NCBI GenBank assembly: GCA_964019335.1 | Contig: OZ025706.1 | Span: 62,001 to 126,000, forward strand | Origin: Diplonema japonicum | Taxonomy: Eukaryota; Protista; Euglenozoa: Diplonemea | DNA: 64,000 nucleotides | Direction: 5' to 3' | Shown here: in pieces, positions 43,575 to 54,930 of the stretch | How the letters are laid out: every line of letters starts with the position of its first letter | Numbering within the stretch: position 1 is the stretch's first letter | Position numbers and translations under genes: made by a program | Notes under the pieces: model-generated | What the model saw: only the letters and a program-made list of their open reading frames with translations | The model's database searches: none | What the model was told of the DNA's origin: nothing

Positions 43575-46500
43575 TAAATTTTAAGCATTTGGCGGTAATA
43601 GGCGATGTTTAAGGGCAAATCCCACTCGAGGACCACCCTTAGGGGGGGTGGGGGTCTATCTCTTGATGCTTCCTTTTTGGAGCCTCGCTTTCGTTCCGAT
43701 GGCGGATACCAGTGTCTTTCGCAGACTGTTGATGCGGTCCTTCTTCAGGTTGGTCTTCAGCTCTCTTAGCCTGTCCTGGGTTTCTCGTGAGGCGAAGATC
43801 GGTCTCCTTGCAAAGCCTATCGCCGCCTTCCCTCCTATTGCCATGAGGGACTTCACTCGTTCTTCGCCGGGAAAGGCCTTTTCCTTCCTTGTAATGCGCA
43901 CCTGTCGTTCACCTTTTGGATCAGTTTCTTGATCCTTCGCGCCTTTTCATCCTGCGTCATTCCCAGCGATCTTCGTGTCGTCGCTTCGAAGTCTAGGGCT
44001 AACTCCACCGCCGTCACCTCCGACGTCGTGTCTTCTTTAACCCATCTTAGCTCCGACATCCATTTCAACAGCGACTCCGCGTACATCCGCAGTATCCCAC
44101 TTGTCGTCCCGAGCTGTTCCAACGTCGGCGTCAAGTGCTTTACTCCTACCACTTTCCGTTCCCACGGCAGTTCTCCTCCAAAATCCTCCACTTGGATCAG
44201 TTCTTCATCACGTTTTGCTACTATCATCGCCAGGTACCTCTGCAACCTCTCCAGGTGTGCAAATCCGTGCCCCCTCGGCAAGATCCCGTGCAGTTCCAGG
44301 CAGAGAGGCCAGCCCGACCTGTCGCGTAGCGGTTCCAACCCGTCCCTCGCCAGCTCTTCCAGCGCAAGTGGGCATTCGTACAGCTGGTGCCGTAGCAGCG
44401 TCACTGTGTTCTGGTGTACTGCTGTGCATATGTCGCATCTATAATTCTGAGGAAGCATTGTCTCTCCGGGTGGTCTCCCGTCCTCTCTTTTCAAGTCATC
44501 ATTGTCCGGTTCCTCTTCCTCACTTGCCGGGTTGAGCGGAACGGTTTTCGGTCCCGCACTGGCGTGTGGGCTTATGTAGGGGACTGCTCCTGCTATGATC
44601 CTCCTGATCTGGTAGGCTACCACCGGATCCCTCTCCTCCTTCCACAGCCTATTCGTTTCAGGGTCAGCCCCAGCCTCGAGTCCTCGTACCGTGCTCCTTT
44701 CCTTCGTGAGGTCCCCGCACCGGGCCTTCCTCACAGCTTCCCTGAAGACGTGTCCTCTTTCTGGCCATCCCATGTTCTTGCAGTCCGTCAATCGGCTCCA
44801 GCTCCATCCGATGTACGGCAGCCATCTTTTCATCAGGTTCCCAACCGGACCTCTTGGCGCCCCCCCTTCCACGTAGCGTTCTGCTATTTTCTGCAACCTT
44901 TGTCGCAGTCCTTCCTTTTCCATGCCCTCGGATATCATTTTGAGGGACCGGTACGCCACTAATGAGGTAGGGTCGTTGGTGTGTCCCTTCAGCAGGACTG
45001 CATTCACAGCAATAGGCGAGCGGCCACGGTGGTGGGGGCCCCATAGGCATACTGTGATCCTCGTCGTCAATTTCTTGATCGTTTCCTTATTCGGCGGTGA
45101 GAAGGGGCTCGCGTATAGGCAGGAGGGCAGTATCGACGAGCTCACAAAGTACGCTTTGGTTTCGAAGGCCAGGTTCGTGTTCCCCAGTCTATCCAGGGAC
45201 CCGAATGCTTTGGTCGATGGGGCGTTCCATGTCGTTCCTGCTTCCATGCTCAGCTGCACCCCGAGTGCCTTCAGGCTCTTTACCGTTTTGTACGGCACTG
45301 TGACCTCAACGCCCTTCCGGCTCTCCTTTCTGTTCCCCAAGACCTCGGATTTGAACCCTCTCGCCGTGCCGAAGGCAACGGTCTTTGTGTCGTTCAGCTT
45401 CATGTCTGTTAGGGTGCAGAACTCCAGTGCGCCATCTATCCCTGCCTGCAGAATCGAGCGGAGCTTCGCCAGGAGGTATGCATCGTCCGCGTAGGCTACA
45501 ACGTCCACCCCCGCTGCCTCCATCGTCTTGATCATCACAGAAAGCAGCGCGTTGATGATGATCACCGACAATGGGCAGCCCTGGAGGATGCCGTTGGTTG
45601 CCTCGAACGGGTCGCCCACTCCAATCGGGAACTTAAACCTCCTTGAAATCTGGTTGTACATCCCTTGGAGTGCTCTCCTTATTGGTTCTGCCAGGCCCAT
45701 TGCACTCATCAGGTCCAGTGATAGTCTCTGCGGTACCATGTCGAAGCACTTGCTGAAGTCAAGGGCTATTCCTTGGAGTGGTTCTCCCTCGACTAGTGCT
45801 AGTTCCAACTTTGTACAGAGTTCCATCAGAGCTGAAGTCGTGCTGTGCTTAGGCCTGAATCCGTGCTGATTTGGCGTGATCCACCGCTCTTGCCAGCCTA
45901 GCACCTGCTTCAGTCTCGCGCTTGCCCACAGCCGGTAGATGGTGCTGGTCACCGTGATTGGCCGGTGGTTTAGGGGTGCCGACCCCTCCCCTTCGGTGTG
46001 AGCGTTACCAGGGCTGTTGTGATCTGCTCCGGCCATTGTCCTGTTCTCTCAACGAGGTTGAAGAGATCCGCGAATCCGCTGAGGATGGGCTTCGGCAGTC
46101 GCTTCAGCTCGCTGATGCGCCATCCATCCACTCCGCACGCTCCTTTGTCAGGCTTCTTCCTGATTACCTCTTTCAGGAGGTCAGCGTCTATCGCGCTCTG
46201 CGGCATTGGTTTTTCCCCGATGAAGTTTGCGTATTTCTTTCTGAACGTTTCGAATTGTGGCTCATCCTTTGGTTCCCGTGCACAGAAAATCGCTGACCAC
46301 GCCTTTCGCATCACCGCGTCCATTTCCCGCAGGTTTGCCGTCACTCCCTCCTCCGTGCTCACTGCTTCCGTTTTCTGTTCCGGGCTGTCCTTCACCCACG
46401 CTGTGATGTGCTTTCGCTCGTCCCCAAAGTCTGCGCGTATGGACCGCTCGTAAGCTTTTTTCTGGCACTCTTTCCGGTGGGCGATGAATTCGGATCTCTC

Positions 46501-48855
46501 CCCCTCGACGAAGTCCCCCGCTATGTCTAGGTTCTCCCAGATTGCATCGAAACCCTCTGTCGCATCTATCTGGCAGTATTCCACCTTGAGCGCCGCCCCC
46601 AGTTGCGAGATGTTCTTAAGGATGTTCCTCGTTTCCGTCGGCAGTGGGCCATGGTATCCCTCCTCCAGCTGAGCATGCATCCTTTCTTTGGCGATCCCGA
46701 TCTTCTTTTTGAGTTTCTCCAGTTGCATCTGTCTCGTCGGGATTGCCCCTCCAGCCTGGGTCGACGACCTCGCACTTAGTTCTGTCAGCACCGGTTTGCG
46801 GATGTTCCCTCTCCCTACAAACATCCCTCGCTGAGGTCCATCGTAGTTGTGCAGCAGGTATTTCTCCGCTATGCCTGAGATTACCGAGAAAGCGTCTGTC
46901 GTCTTGCCTTCTTCTATCAGTTTCCGGAAGTTGGAGTTGTCCATGAGGTTCACTGCGGTCCCCGGCGGTGCCTTCTTCGTCTTCGGGATCTCTTGTGGTA
47001 TGTTGTACCTCATGACGAGTTGTCGATATGCTGGGATGTTAAGCTTTAGTGACAGGCAGCGATGGTCTGATCCGAGCACCTCCTCCGTTATCCCGCAGTG
47101 TATCAGTCCTTGAGCCGCGATGTTGTTCAACAGGATCCGGTCGATCCTCGTGCCGCAATTGGACCTGACGAAGGTGTTCTCCGGCTCCTGTCCTCTCTTC
47201 TTGGCACAGAACTCAGCTGCATCCACCCAGTCTCTCTGGAGTGCCCTTCTCAGCGTCGGTGATCGTTCCTCGTCAGTGTTGAAGTCTCCGACCACCGCAA
47301 CTGGTACCTCTCCCAGATCGAACCTCACGCGTTGCAGGATGTGGTGTAGTAGTTCCTCCCTGGCGTTCTTCATTACCGGGTCCTGCCCTGAGTGGCAGTA
47401 CACGTTGATCACATGAAGCCACCTTTTTCCTGCATCCAGGGAAATCTTCACATGAGTCCATCTGTCCTTGTGGGGTCCTGGAGTCTCGCATTTTATCGCC
47501 GTTCGGGGTCTCTTCACCAGGGTTCCCAGCCCTCCCCGTTTGGCGATTGTTAGCGACGAGATCTCGTTTGCCTTCCTGCCTGGCTGCGGTTTCCCCCAGA
47601 ATCTGGTGTACTGCCTGCCCCATTCGTCATCTCTGAGCACGCGTTCCACTTCCAGCTGTGTCTGGGCTGTGAGCGCCGTCTCCTGGATGCAGAAGACGTC
47701 TGGGAGGACTCCAGCATATTCACCCAGCCTGTTGTTTAGGGCCGCGCCATTGTGCGTGAATAGGGTGAGCTCGTCTGTTCCGCGTCTCTCCAACTCGTCG
47801 TTCGCCGGTCCGGGTCCCGGGTTTGGCTCCACCCCATCCTCGACCAGTTGCTTCGATTCTCTGTCGGAGAGCAACCTCGGGTCGTGCTTCGACCGGGGCC
47901 GGGTGATCGTGTGGTGATGATTATAATTGTGATTGATGAAATTGTTTAGGTTAGGGTGTTGGCCGTTCGGCGGGGTTGGGGGTCGTTTATCATATGTCAG
48001 TCACCACCCGCCTTCCATACAACTACGGCACACGGTGGTCCTGCACTCGTTTATTATGCATTGTTGGGCCTGGTTCTTCTTGTGCACCCCTTCATCGCAT
48101 ATCTTGCACACTGCTCCCCTCCAGGTCGAGTACGTGCCGTTGAAGACGTGCGTCTTTCCTGTCACGCAAATGGTAAGGTCTCCTTCCTCCAACAGTTCCT
48201 CGTCCCCGTCTCCCCCTTCAGTTTCAATGTCCGTATCCGTCCCCGTAGGCGGTGGTCCCAAACTAGACTCAGCATTCCTTCCATCTCCGTGCCATACTGC
48301 GGGGAGCATGCTTCTTCCGACCTCTGCCCCTGCTTCACGAATACCTTCAGTTGGGCTGTTAGCTCCGTCATCGCCTGCTGTAGTTGGCGTACCTCCTGGC
48401 GTAGCTCGTCATTTTCCTTTCTCAGTTTCAGGACCTCCGACGACTCCTTTGGTTTCTTGAGTGGTCTGCCGGAGAGTTTCTGAATCGCTTTTTCGATCGC
48501 ACCTAGACGGTCTTCCATCGACGTGTTCTTTTGCACCTTCCCCTTTGTGTCTGGCGAATCCTTCGTTGCCTGAGTCTTGGAGCTAGGGGTGGGAGTAGTC
48601 TTAGCAACCCCTGCTGCCGCGTTCAGATAGGACTTGGCCCCAGCTGGCGAGGACTATTTTCTGCTCCATGTCTGCCCTGGGTGTGACTTTAAGGTGGCCA
48701 TCGGTCTGGTCGACGTATCCGACGTGATTCTGCAGTTTAGGATCTTCCCTGTCGGGGTCGTGATCCTCACCTTGTCGGTCGGAGGTTTCGTTCCTCTGAT
48801 GTACCAGCACCGTGTCCCGTTGCTCCATCCGCCTCTGACTGGTACTCCCTTCCAA
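43575..48855 (-). mobile_element. Non-LTR retrotransposon (APE + RT), 5'-truncated or interrupted; ORF1 (coiled coil + Cys finger), 2A-like peptide, ORF2
   Basis: APE motifs THNG, CIQET, NVY, VGDFN, TRIDRIL, SDH; RT motifs HRPI, QHGFR, LDFSKCFD, GILQGCPLS, AYADD; C-terminal CxxC...H....C. Frameshifts at ~45990, ~43870 and ~48280, and a TAG at ~48655. Boundaries are approximate. Confidence 0.93.
47812..47838 (-). other. 2A-like (StopGo) ribosomal skipping motif DGVEPNPG|P upstream of the APE domain
   Basis: Translation SKQLVEDGVEPNPGP; matches (D/G)(V/I)ExNPGP. Confidence 0.75.
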
Positions 48856-51800
48856 GTAATAAAAAGGGGAAAAAAATGTATATGGGTGGCTTTACGTACA
48901 TTTCACAAGCTGGTGCCGGCTGGGGAAAAAAAAAAAAAAAAGGCTGCCCTTCGAAAAATACCCCCTTTTCTTTACAATTTCCGGTTTGTGTGGATGACAT
49001 TTACTGTAAGCCGCTCATATTTGTGAACTGAAGCCTCAGACACTACAAATATTTTTTTTTTGTGACAGATTACTATTTTTTTTTTTTTTTTATGCTTGGT
49101 TGTGCTGACCGGATAATTCACGCCAGGGGGTTTAAAAAAAAAAACTCGATACAATTTCAGTGTGCATGGGGGTGCTCACTGTTCAGGTAGAAATTCACAC
49201 TAATCGGTCACCGTTCTGCGGTTGCTGTCTGGTGCCTGCGGTGGCTGTTTGTCGCGATGAGATGGACGGCATCTGGGCGAGAAACATTGCTTGGTCGTGC
49301 TAGGTAGGGGGCTGTTTGGCTCGAGGAGAAGAGTGGTCTCCTGTCGTAGCCGTGTGCCGTCGGGCCCCCAAGATGTCGAAGGGTATGCACCCTTGATTTG
49401 GCGTTGGCGGGGAAGGCTGACCTTCCACAGCGTGCTGAGCATTTCTGGATGCGACCCAAGATGTATCGCATCCTTGGGCCTTCTCCGCGAGCAGGTCCTG
49501 ATCGTCGAGGGGACCTAAAAAAAAAGAAAGTGTAGCTAGAACCGGGCCCACCGGTCTATCTCCGTCTTGCAAAGCGGGGTTAGCATGAGATTTTTCTATT
49601 TTTCGATTCTATTTGTTTCTTCTTTTCTTTTTCATTTATGACCGGCCCCTTTTTTTTTAGCCCCCCCCCCCGCTAGGGCTACGTTGTCGGCGTAAGCGTA
49701 CGCAGCAAAATCTGAAAAAGTGCGTACGGCTGTGCGTACGGCTCCTTACACCTACGGGTACAGGCTACGGGGTCAAAGGGCTTACTGGACAAGGGGCAAA
49801 TGGGAGTGGGGCATAAAAATGGATGGAAGAAAGGGTGAGCGGCAAGTTTCATGCAAACACTTTTACACCCTCGTCTCTATCAAAAAGTTCTCTTCGTCAT
49901 CAGGATCAGGCACCCTGCAGATCTTCCAACGCCAGTTCCGTCACACGCCAGTAGTCCCTTATAAACTGCGTGCAGGTGAAACTACGTTTGCTGAAGTAGA
50001 GTTTGACCTGAATTATATCTCTGACAAGAGAATCAGCTTTGTCAAATCCCAGTGGCCGATCTTTGGGTTTCCACCTTGAACGATGCCCACCCTTACCCCG
50101 AGCTACTTACACCGCAGGCCTGACCCAAAAGCCTCGTACCAATAGGTCGCAAGAGAGGCCCTTGCGCATCAAATTGCTCCAGCCGGGTTGTGCGTAAAAA
50201 AAAAAAAAAAAAGAATTAAAGAGGATTTTCAAGACGGGTTTAGAGATATGCAGTGTGGCGTAAGAGGTTACAGTATGTTTTCAATATTTCTTCTTTTTTT
50301 TTTTTTTTTCCCTTGTAAAGGGTACGAGGCAACAGAGGCCGCCTTCGACCGCCGAACTTTTTCTTCTTCTTTTTTTCTTCTTCCTCATTTTCCGATTTAT
50401 TTTTTTCAGTGCTGTGCGGTGTAGTTTTCAGAAGAAGTGAACCAGATTAAAATTGCATGAATTCCAAGTAGTTTCTTTCTTTCTTTTTTTTTTTTCTTCT
50501 TATTTTTTTTTTTCGTTCTTTCCGTTTTCTAAGCACTTTCTTTTCTTTTCTTTAAAAAAAAAGACAAAACAGTTTGTGTTCTTAAAAGAAAAGGCCTCGT
50601 TCGCACGTAAAAACAATTATTTAAAGAAAATAGAAGAAAAAAAAAATAACTGGGAATAGAAGGAGGGGGACCAAAAAGGGAGCTGATTTGAAGAAAATGG
50701 GGGGAGGGGGGAAGGTTTTACTCATACTTACAGAAAAGGCCGACCTGCCTTTTCTTTTTTTGCGAGTAAAGCTGGTACTGGAAAATGTTGTTCGGAGGTG
50801 GGGGGGCGTTTTTTTTTTTTTTTAATCAGCTCTTCAATAATACCAAACTTGGGTACACGTGCGTGTAGATAGAAAAAGCCCCCCCCCCCCCCCCCCCCCC
50901 CCCAGTATTAGCCCTAAAAAGACAAAACAAAAACAAAAAACAAAAACCTTTTCCACTCACGAAAGGAGCCAGCGTACAACTGCCTGCCCCACTCTTCACT
51001 TATTGGGTGACGGTATTGTCAAGAAACAAAAAAGTGAAGAGCAGAGCAAAGCAGAAGTCCTTCATTTACCATTAATAAGTTAGCGCTGAAAAAAGAACTG
51101 AAAAAAAAAAAAGAAGAAAATCATTTGTCGGTAATTTTCGCTCTTGCCCGGGGGGGGGGGAGAAAAAAAAAGGGGGGGGAAAGCGGGCAAAACCTTTCCC
51201 TACCCTTTAAAAAAAAAAATAATTCTTTATGACTATATGTCTTTGTTGTTCGCACGAGCAAAAAAGATTTTTAAAAAGCTGCGAAAGTTTTTTGCTCGGC
51301 ACAAGTTGCATATAGTTATAAAATCATTTTTTGAAAGATAAATATTTGTAACAAAAAAAAAAAAAAAAAAAAAAAAGAGCAACCTTGGGAGCAAAAGTGA
51401 CGGTTTTTTGAGTTGAACCCGCCATGATCCAGTAATTTAACTGCCTGAAACAAAAGAAACTTAAAAATCTTCCAAGGGGCTTTCCGTTTGACATTTCTTT
51501 TTTCCCGGACCGACTCATAAAAATATTCGACTTTCCCGAAAGAAAAGTGATGACCAGAATAGCCATTTCAAACCATATTTTAGATAATCTGGTGAAGTAT
51601 AGCGAGTAACACGAATGACCAAAAGGGTATAAAAGACCGACTTGCTTACCGTTAAATGAGCCATAATTCCTTTCTTACCACTTTGCTCTCCAGTTGGTTG
51701 TTTACTTTTTCTGTTTTTTTGAAAAGACAAATTTAAAAAATAAAAAAAAGGCCTGCGCAAGGCAACTTCCTTTCTTTTTGTTGTTGTTTTTTTTTTTTTT

Positions 51801-52601
51801 TTTGTTGATTTTGTCCAAATACATAAGTAGGAGAGGTGGGGTGGTGGAGAGAGAGAGTGGCGCAAGTGCCTTTCGGCCCTTCAGACAGGGAACAAGGAGT
51901 GAGAGGGGAGGGGAAACGAAAAAAAAAAAGAAAAAAAAAAGAAGAAAAGAAAATGCAACAAGACCCCCCAAGAAAAACAGAAAGAACGAAAATATTTGAA
52001 GATTCCCTTCAAACTGTATTCACCCCCCTACCTACAAAACAGCTGATCGAAAAAAAGGGGGGGGAAGGGGGAAAAGAGGAAAATAAGGTGTTACCCGTTA
52101 GCCACAGCAGAGGCCCCACCACGAAGGAGCTCGCTGGTTGCGTGCCTGTCCGGAAAAAAAAAGTTGTCTGATTCTTGTGAAGCTTCACCCGAAGCCTCCC
52201 AAGAAAGTAAAAGTGGAGGTAAAGAAAAAGAAAGCTTAGCTTTGAAAAAAGTAACAGGACGAACTCATAGCAACGAGACAGGGGGGGAGGCAATTCCTTG
52301 AGTCGAAAAAGAATAGTTTCCCGCTGCTCCAGCTGCTAATTTCAGAGGGCTAATATGTACATCCAAAACAACCCCCCCCAAAAAAAAACAAGACAAAAAA
52401 AAAAAACCCCTCAAAACATGTCCATCCCCAAGTACAAAAAAAAACTCCCCCCCCGCGCGGTCAAAACTCTTTTTTTTTTTTTGTGTAAATTTGTAAAAAT
52501 GAAAAAAAATAGAAGAAAAAAAAAAAAGAATTTTTTCTTTGAAATAAAAACCGCGGTCTTTTTTTTTTTTTTTTTTTTATTATAAATATATATATTCGTA
52601 A

Positions 52602-53144
52602 TCAGTTACGGAAGTACCCAGGAGCGGCCACCTGCGAGAATACAGTCATCACTGGGGTGCCTCGGTGGTGATGACCGTTGCCTTGCGAGGGGATGCAGGG
52701 GATTTGATAATACTGTTGCTGGGCTTGGTACGACGAGGCTTGTTTCATCTCGTGTATCGACATGTGCTGCTTCTGCTGCAGTTCACGCTGCAGCACGTGG
52801 TGCTTCTCACAAGCCTTGGAGAAGATGTGCGGGTGGGGGCAGTTATGCCCCAACATGCAATGCCCGGCGTAGAACGCTGTACACTTGGAGAAGAAGTCTA
52901 ACCTCGTCTTCCAGTACACCCTGCACACCCGGCAGCGCAGCGTGATGCTGTTCTTCTTCTTGCTCGCACGCTCCCACTGATTATCCTTGCAAGGAGGCTG
53001 CTCGCTCACACACATCTGCTTTCTCTCCCTTTTCCCATCCTCCCTGTCGTCGTCCTCAAACATTTCCTCATCGAGAAGATCTGGCATCTCCAAGGAAGGG
53101 TACTGCATCTTAGGGGTCACCATGCTGTAGGACATGCTAGCCAT
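52602..53144 (-). CDS. Zinc-finger protein (CxxC ribbon + CCCH), probable RNA-binding
   Basis: C..NQW...LRCRVC followed by C-x7-C-x5-C-x3-H (CTAFYAGHCMLGHNCPHPH); Q-rich tail. Confidence 0.75.
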   Translation of the reverse strand: MASMSYSMVTPKMQYPSLEMPDLLDEEMFEDDDREDGKRERKQMCVSEQPPCKDNQWERASKKKNSITLRCRVCRVYWKTRLDFFSKCTAFYAGHCMLGHNCPHPHIFSKACEKHHVLQRELQQKQHMSIHEMKQASSYQAQQQYYQIPCIPSQGNGHHHRGTPVMTVFSQVAAPGYFRN

Positions 53145-53270
53145 TTTATGTGGAAGAGGAGAGAGAGAGAAGATGTGTGTGCGTGGGGGTGGGTGGGTGG
53201 GGGGGGGGGGGGATAATGTGTCTGTAAAGTAGGTTGTTATTTGTTGTTGTTGTTATCCCCCCCCCCTAGG

Positions 53271-53933
53271 CATAGTGGTGCGAGTCGCATTCTCGCACAA
53301 AAAAAATCTGAGCCGAAATTCTCGCAAAACGACTCGCATTCTCGCACACTCTCGCACGATTCTCGCACATGCTAGTGTGCACTTCAGGTGTGCATGTGTC
53401 AAAAATAACCCCCTCGACCTTCATACTCCTCCCGAACTAACGCGATCAGTGCGTTCACGTCCGCCCCCGTGTGTGATTCACCCTCCTTGATGTCCAGGTG
53501 GGAGGAGGGGCTCCTCTGAGTACCCGACCAGCCCAGAAATGTTTGGCACCGGTGGCGTCTGTGTTTAACGGCAACAGGGTCTTTTCGATGCTTTGCTTCA
53601 CTCTTCTCGAGTCCTTGTCTCCTTCTCGAATCCGGGCCCCTTTGCCAGCAGCGTGTCCGGTGTCGGTATCTTCATGCGCGAGCTCCACCAATGCTGAGAA
53701 GGCGTGTTTGCAGCTTGGTGGTGGTGGTGCCTGCGACCAAACACAACATCGCCCACCGTCTATGAACCCCTGCCCCACCACGGGGCAAAGCACTGCCTGT
53801 TGAGGTCCTTAGAAGATTTTGACACTCAGGCACCTAGCTTTCCCTGTTGAAGTTTCAGCCAAAAAAATTCTCGCATCATTCTCGCATGCGAGAATGTGCG
53901 AGAATTTGGTGCGAGAATGCGACTCGCATTGTG
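53271..53933. mobile_element. MITE / non-autonomous DNA transposon (possibly hAT-related)
   Basis: Perfect 20-bp inverted repeat TGCGAGTCGCATTCTCGCAC (53279-53298 / 53909-53928) plus several subterminal TTCTCGCA copies at both ends. Confidence 0.75.
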
Positions 53934-54049
53934 ACACAAAGGCGCAAAAAACCACCTTAACCACCCCAAAGTCGCCTAAAAACCCATTTTTGGGCCGAGT
54001 TTCGACGAAATTTGCAAGTTGGCTACCCTAAAACGCCATTTTAATTTTT

Positions 54050-54315
54050 TGTGACAGAACCGGTACCTTGCTGCCCTCTACGCTGTACGCAAGAGGGCAC
54101 AACTGCGCACTGACCTTTCAAGTAAGCTAAAGGATGACCTCAAAAAACTGGTTGTAAATCGCAAGTTGGACACCTAAGGGGGCGAGACGGCACCAGAGCT
54201 GCATGGGCTACTCTTGGACGACATGCAGGACGATTTTTACCCGCTTGCTGCTCGTTCTGATGACTCTGATAATGTGTGCACAAAATAGGATTCTGCAGGT
54301 ACCGGTTCTGTCACA
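54050..54315. mobile_element. Small inverted-repeat-bounded element, probable DNA transposon remnant
   Basis: 19-bp perfect inverted repeat TGTGACAGAACCGGTACCT / AGGTACCGGTTCTGTCACA. Confidence 0.5.
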
Positions 54316-54930
54316 CCCGCTCAAAATTGTGAATACGTCACATAAAAGTCCACAAAAACCCCCAAATAGCGGCGGAAAGTGGGTGGAATTTTCGGGTATA
54401 ATTTACCCAGGGGTGCGTTTCCCGAAAAACACGAATTTCGGGCACTCCCTCTCGCCTGTTGCCCATACTTTCGTTCCTATCTCCCTGCCATCTTTGAACA
54501 ACACAGCGCGTTCCTTATTTAAAAACATGCTGCTAGGTTCCCACAACTGCTTTGATGCGTTCCGCATTATGTCTTTCGTGTACATGCAGTGCTGCATGTC
54601 CAAAAGGAAAACCTGGTGAGGCAAAAGAGGTTCTGGGAAAGACGAAGTACGAGAGAAGCACTAGGCAGAAATACAAATAAAGATAAAAAAGATATGTTAC
54701 TTAAAAAAGAAAACGAGATGAGAAAAGGGTAATAGAGGAAACGGGAAAAGAGAAAAAAAAGTAAAAAAAAAAAAAAAAGACACTCTCAAAAAAAAAGTGG
54801 GGGTACTGGCAAGCAGGATCTAAATCTGGTTTTTTTTTTTTTTTTTCAAAAAAAAAATTTTTTTTTATTGTTATTTATTATTCTATGTCGGTGCCGACCC
54901 ATTCTCACATTCTCTCTCTTTTTTCTTTCT

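Noticed and set aside
47946-47956. TTAGG/TTAGGG telomere-like motif
   Set aside because: Only about two units within a coding linker; not an array.
49200-49520. GC-rich block possibly forming the 5' part of LINE ORF1 joined by introns
   Set aside because: No frame gives a recognisable protein or a clean spliced join; 5' truncation or an unrelated insertion is simpler.
49673-50916. TAGGGCTA...TAGCCCTA possible hAT element with a BED-finger-like remnant near 49850-49950
   Set aside because: Only an 8-bp inverted match, no TSD, and the peptide similarity is too weak to call.
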